64,000 nucleotides of DNA. Source: Melioribacteraceae bacterium. Its GTDB lineage: Bacteria > Bacteroidota > Ignavibacteria > Ignavibacteriales > Melioribacteraceae. How positions within the stretch are numbered: position 1 is the first letter of the stretch; each line of letters starts with the position of its first letter. The notes beneath the pieces are model-generated. The model saw only the letters and a list, made by a program, of their open reading frames with translations, had not been told where the DNA came from and did not search any database. The translations under genes were made by a program, and so were the position numbers. Location of the stretch: the NCBI GenBank assembly GCA_026983955.1, contig JALSTB010000013.1, positions 17,720 through 81,719 on the forward strand, given 5' to 3'. This document shows positions 62,942 through 64,000 of the stretch, one piece after another.

Positions 62942-63821
62942 AGTTGGTATTACCGTAGCAGTAGGAATAATTTTATTCTTGTGGATATTTGGCTGGGCGA
63001 AAAATTACCGCCTCAATTCCGAAAGGAAAATTGTGAAAGTCGAATTCGGTTCGGTGGCAGGATTGGAAACGGGTGATGCGGTTACAATCAACGGTGTGAG
63101 AAAAGGATACGTTGAAGACATACGGAACAGCGGCAATTCTGTTCTTGTAACGGTAAACCTGGACGATGACGTAAAATTAAAAAAAGATGCAACGTTTTCC
63201 ATTCTTATGCTCGATTTGATGGGTGGTAAAAAAATCGAAATTAACCCCGGTAATGATACGCGGGAACTCAATTATTCCGAAATACAAACCGGTAAATTTC
63301 TCGGCGATATATCCACTGCCATGGCAATGCTAAGCTCGGTTCAAAACGATTTGGTTGACGTGATCAAAGAAGTGAAAATTTCATTGACAAACTTAAACGA
63401 TGTGTTCGGTAAAAAAGAATTTTTCGAAAATTTGGAAAACACGGTTAACAATCTTTCCGAGTTAACCGTCGAGTTTAAGAGCTTGCTGAAAAACCAAAAA
63501 CCGGAAATCGAAAAACTTGTAAAAAACAGCAACGCTCTGGCTGAAAACGTGAACAATATGATTCTTGAAAACAAAAACAATTTGCGCACTACAGTTGAAA
63601 GTGCTTCCACGGTTTTACATGAAATGAAAAAATTGATTACAAAAATTAACAGACTTTCCGATGAAACCGTTAACCGGAAAAATAATTTGGGGAAAATTTT
63701 GTACGATGAAAATTTGATAAAGAACTTAAAATCTTCATTGGAAAAACTGAACAAACTCTCCGGAATTTTAATCGAGCAACTTCAAAACGAAGGTGTTAAT
63801 GTTGATGCAAATATTTTTTGA
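62913..63821 (+). CDS. MlaD/MCE-domain protein
   Basis: 302 aa with an N-terminal TM helix. The MCE domain is VEFGSVAGLETGDAVTINGVRKGYVEDI. A long helical C-terminus follows. Confidence 0.85.
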   Translation: MKQTKKTEIKVGITVAVGIILFLWIFGWAKNYRLNSERKIVKVEFGSVAGLETGDAVTINGVRKGYVEDIRNSGNSVLVTVNLDDDVKLKKDATFSILMLDLMGGKKIEINPGNDTRELNYSEIQTGKFLGDISTAMAMLSSVQNDLVDVIKEVKISLTNLNDVFGKKEFFENLENTVNNLSELTVEFKSLLKNQKPEIEKLVKNSNALAENVNNMILENKNNLRTTVESASTVLHEMKKLITKINRLSDETVNRKNNLGKILYDENLIKNLKSSLEKLNKLSGILIEQLQNEGVNVDANIF

Positions 63822-63830
63822 GATGATCGA

Positions 63831-64000
63831 ATGATTTTCGGAATCGGAATTGACATAATAGAAATTGACAGAATACAAAACAGTGTTGAAAAATATAAAG
63901 ATCATTTCCTCAATAAAATCTTTACACAAGTTGAATTGGAATATTGCCTTGGTAAAAAAAACAAATACCAGCACCTTGCCGCACGTTTTGCCGCCAAAGA
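63831..64000 (+). CDS. acpS: Holo-[acyl-carrier-protein] synthase, N-terminal part (runs off the right edge)
   Basis: Not in the ORF track because there is no stop. My translation from the ATG at 63831 is MIFGIGIDIIEIDRIQNSVEKYKDHFLNKIFTQVELEYCLGKKNKYQHLAARFAAK. This matches the AcpS N-terminal signature GIGxDIxEIxRI...LAxRFAAKE. Confidence 0.85.
   Translation, partial: MIFGIGIDIIEIDRIQNSVEKYKDHFLNKIFTQVELEYCLGKKNKYQHLAARFAAK

Overview
AT-rich chromosomal segment from a diderm bacterium. The outer-membrane gene content (TolC-type, FadL, Omp85-type, BamB-like, ExbBD) fits an FCB-group or Ignavibacteria-like organism, but that placement is inference only. I recognise about 60 protein genes. 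I found no rRNA, tRNA, CRISPR array, transposase or integrase. The window has two parts. (1) 1-24.3 kb is a metal/redox accessory region. It holds a 10-gene minus-strand Cu(I)/Ag(I) efflux locus: a CusA/CusB/TolC-type pump plus a roughly one-third-methionine secreted protein, a twin heavy-metal-binding-domain protein, a PII-like protein, a Cys-tailed mini membrane protein, a Cys/His-rich secreted protein, an OM barrel and a DUF2231-like protein. Three transporters of unknown substrate and copA-copZ follow. Next comes the most interesting candidate system, at 15.76-23.69 kb. It comprises a putative di-heme-b membrane protein, a membrane-anchored 2x[4Fe-4S]-flavoprotein, a 20-CxxCH cytochrome, a 31-CxxCH cytochrome (with a 189-bp perfect internal repeat) and an outer-membrane beta-barrel. 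I read this as a possible NAD(P)H- or quinol-to-cell-surface porin-cytochrome electron conduit. A convergent HMA-domain AraC regulator closes it. (2) 24.3-64 kb is mostly housekeeping: PPIase, POT peptide transporter, rpe, TrkH, Trx/TrxB, formimidoyltransferase-cyclodeaminase, type-2 IDI, polyprenyl synthase, HPr/EI, PGI/PMI, polA, ExbBD, mutS2, AccC/BCCP, FadL, SGNH lipase, ssb, CNNM, MlaD and acpS. This part has several local oddities. These include a C2H2-spaced zinc-finger-like insertion in the formimidoyltransferase, a HExxH-PD40-Omp85 fusion followed by BamB-like and PEGA genes, a Trx-fold protein without CxxC, and a sensor-HAMP stub coupled to trkH. All functional calls rest on motifs read by eye from the ORF translations. 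No database search was run.
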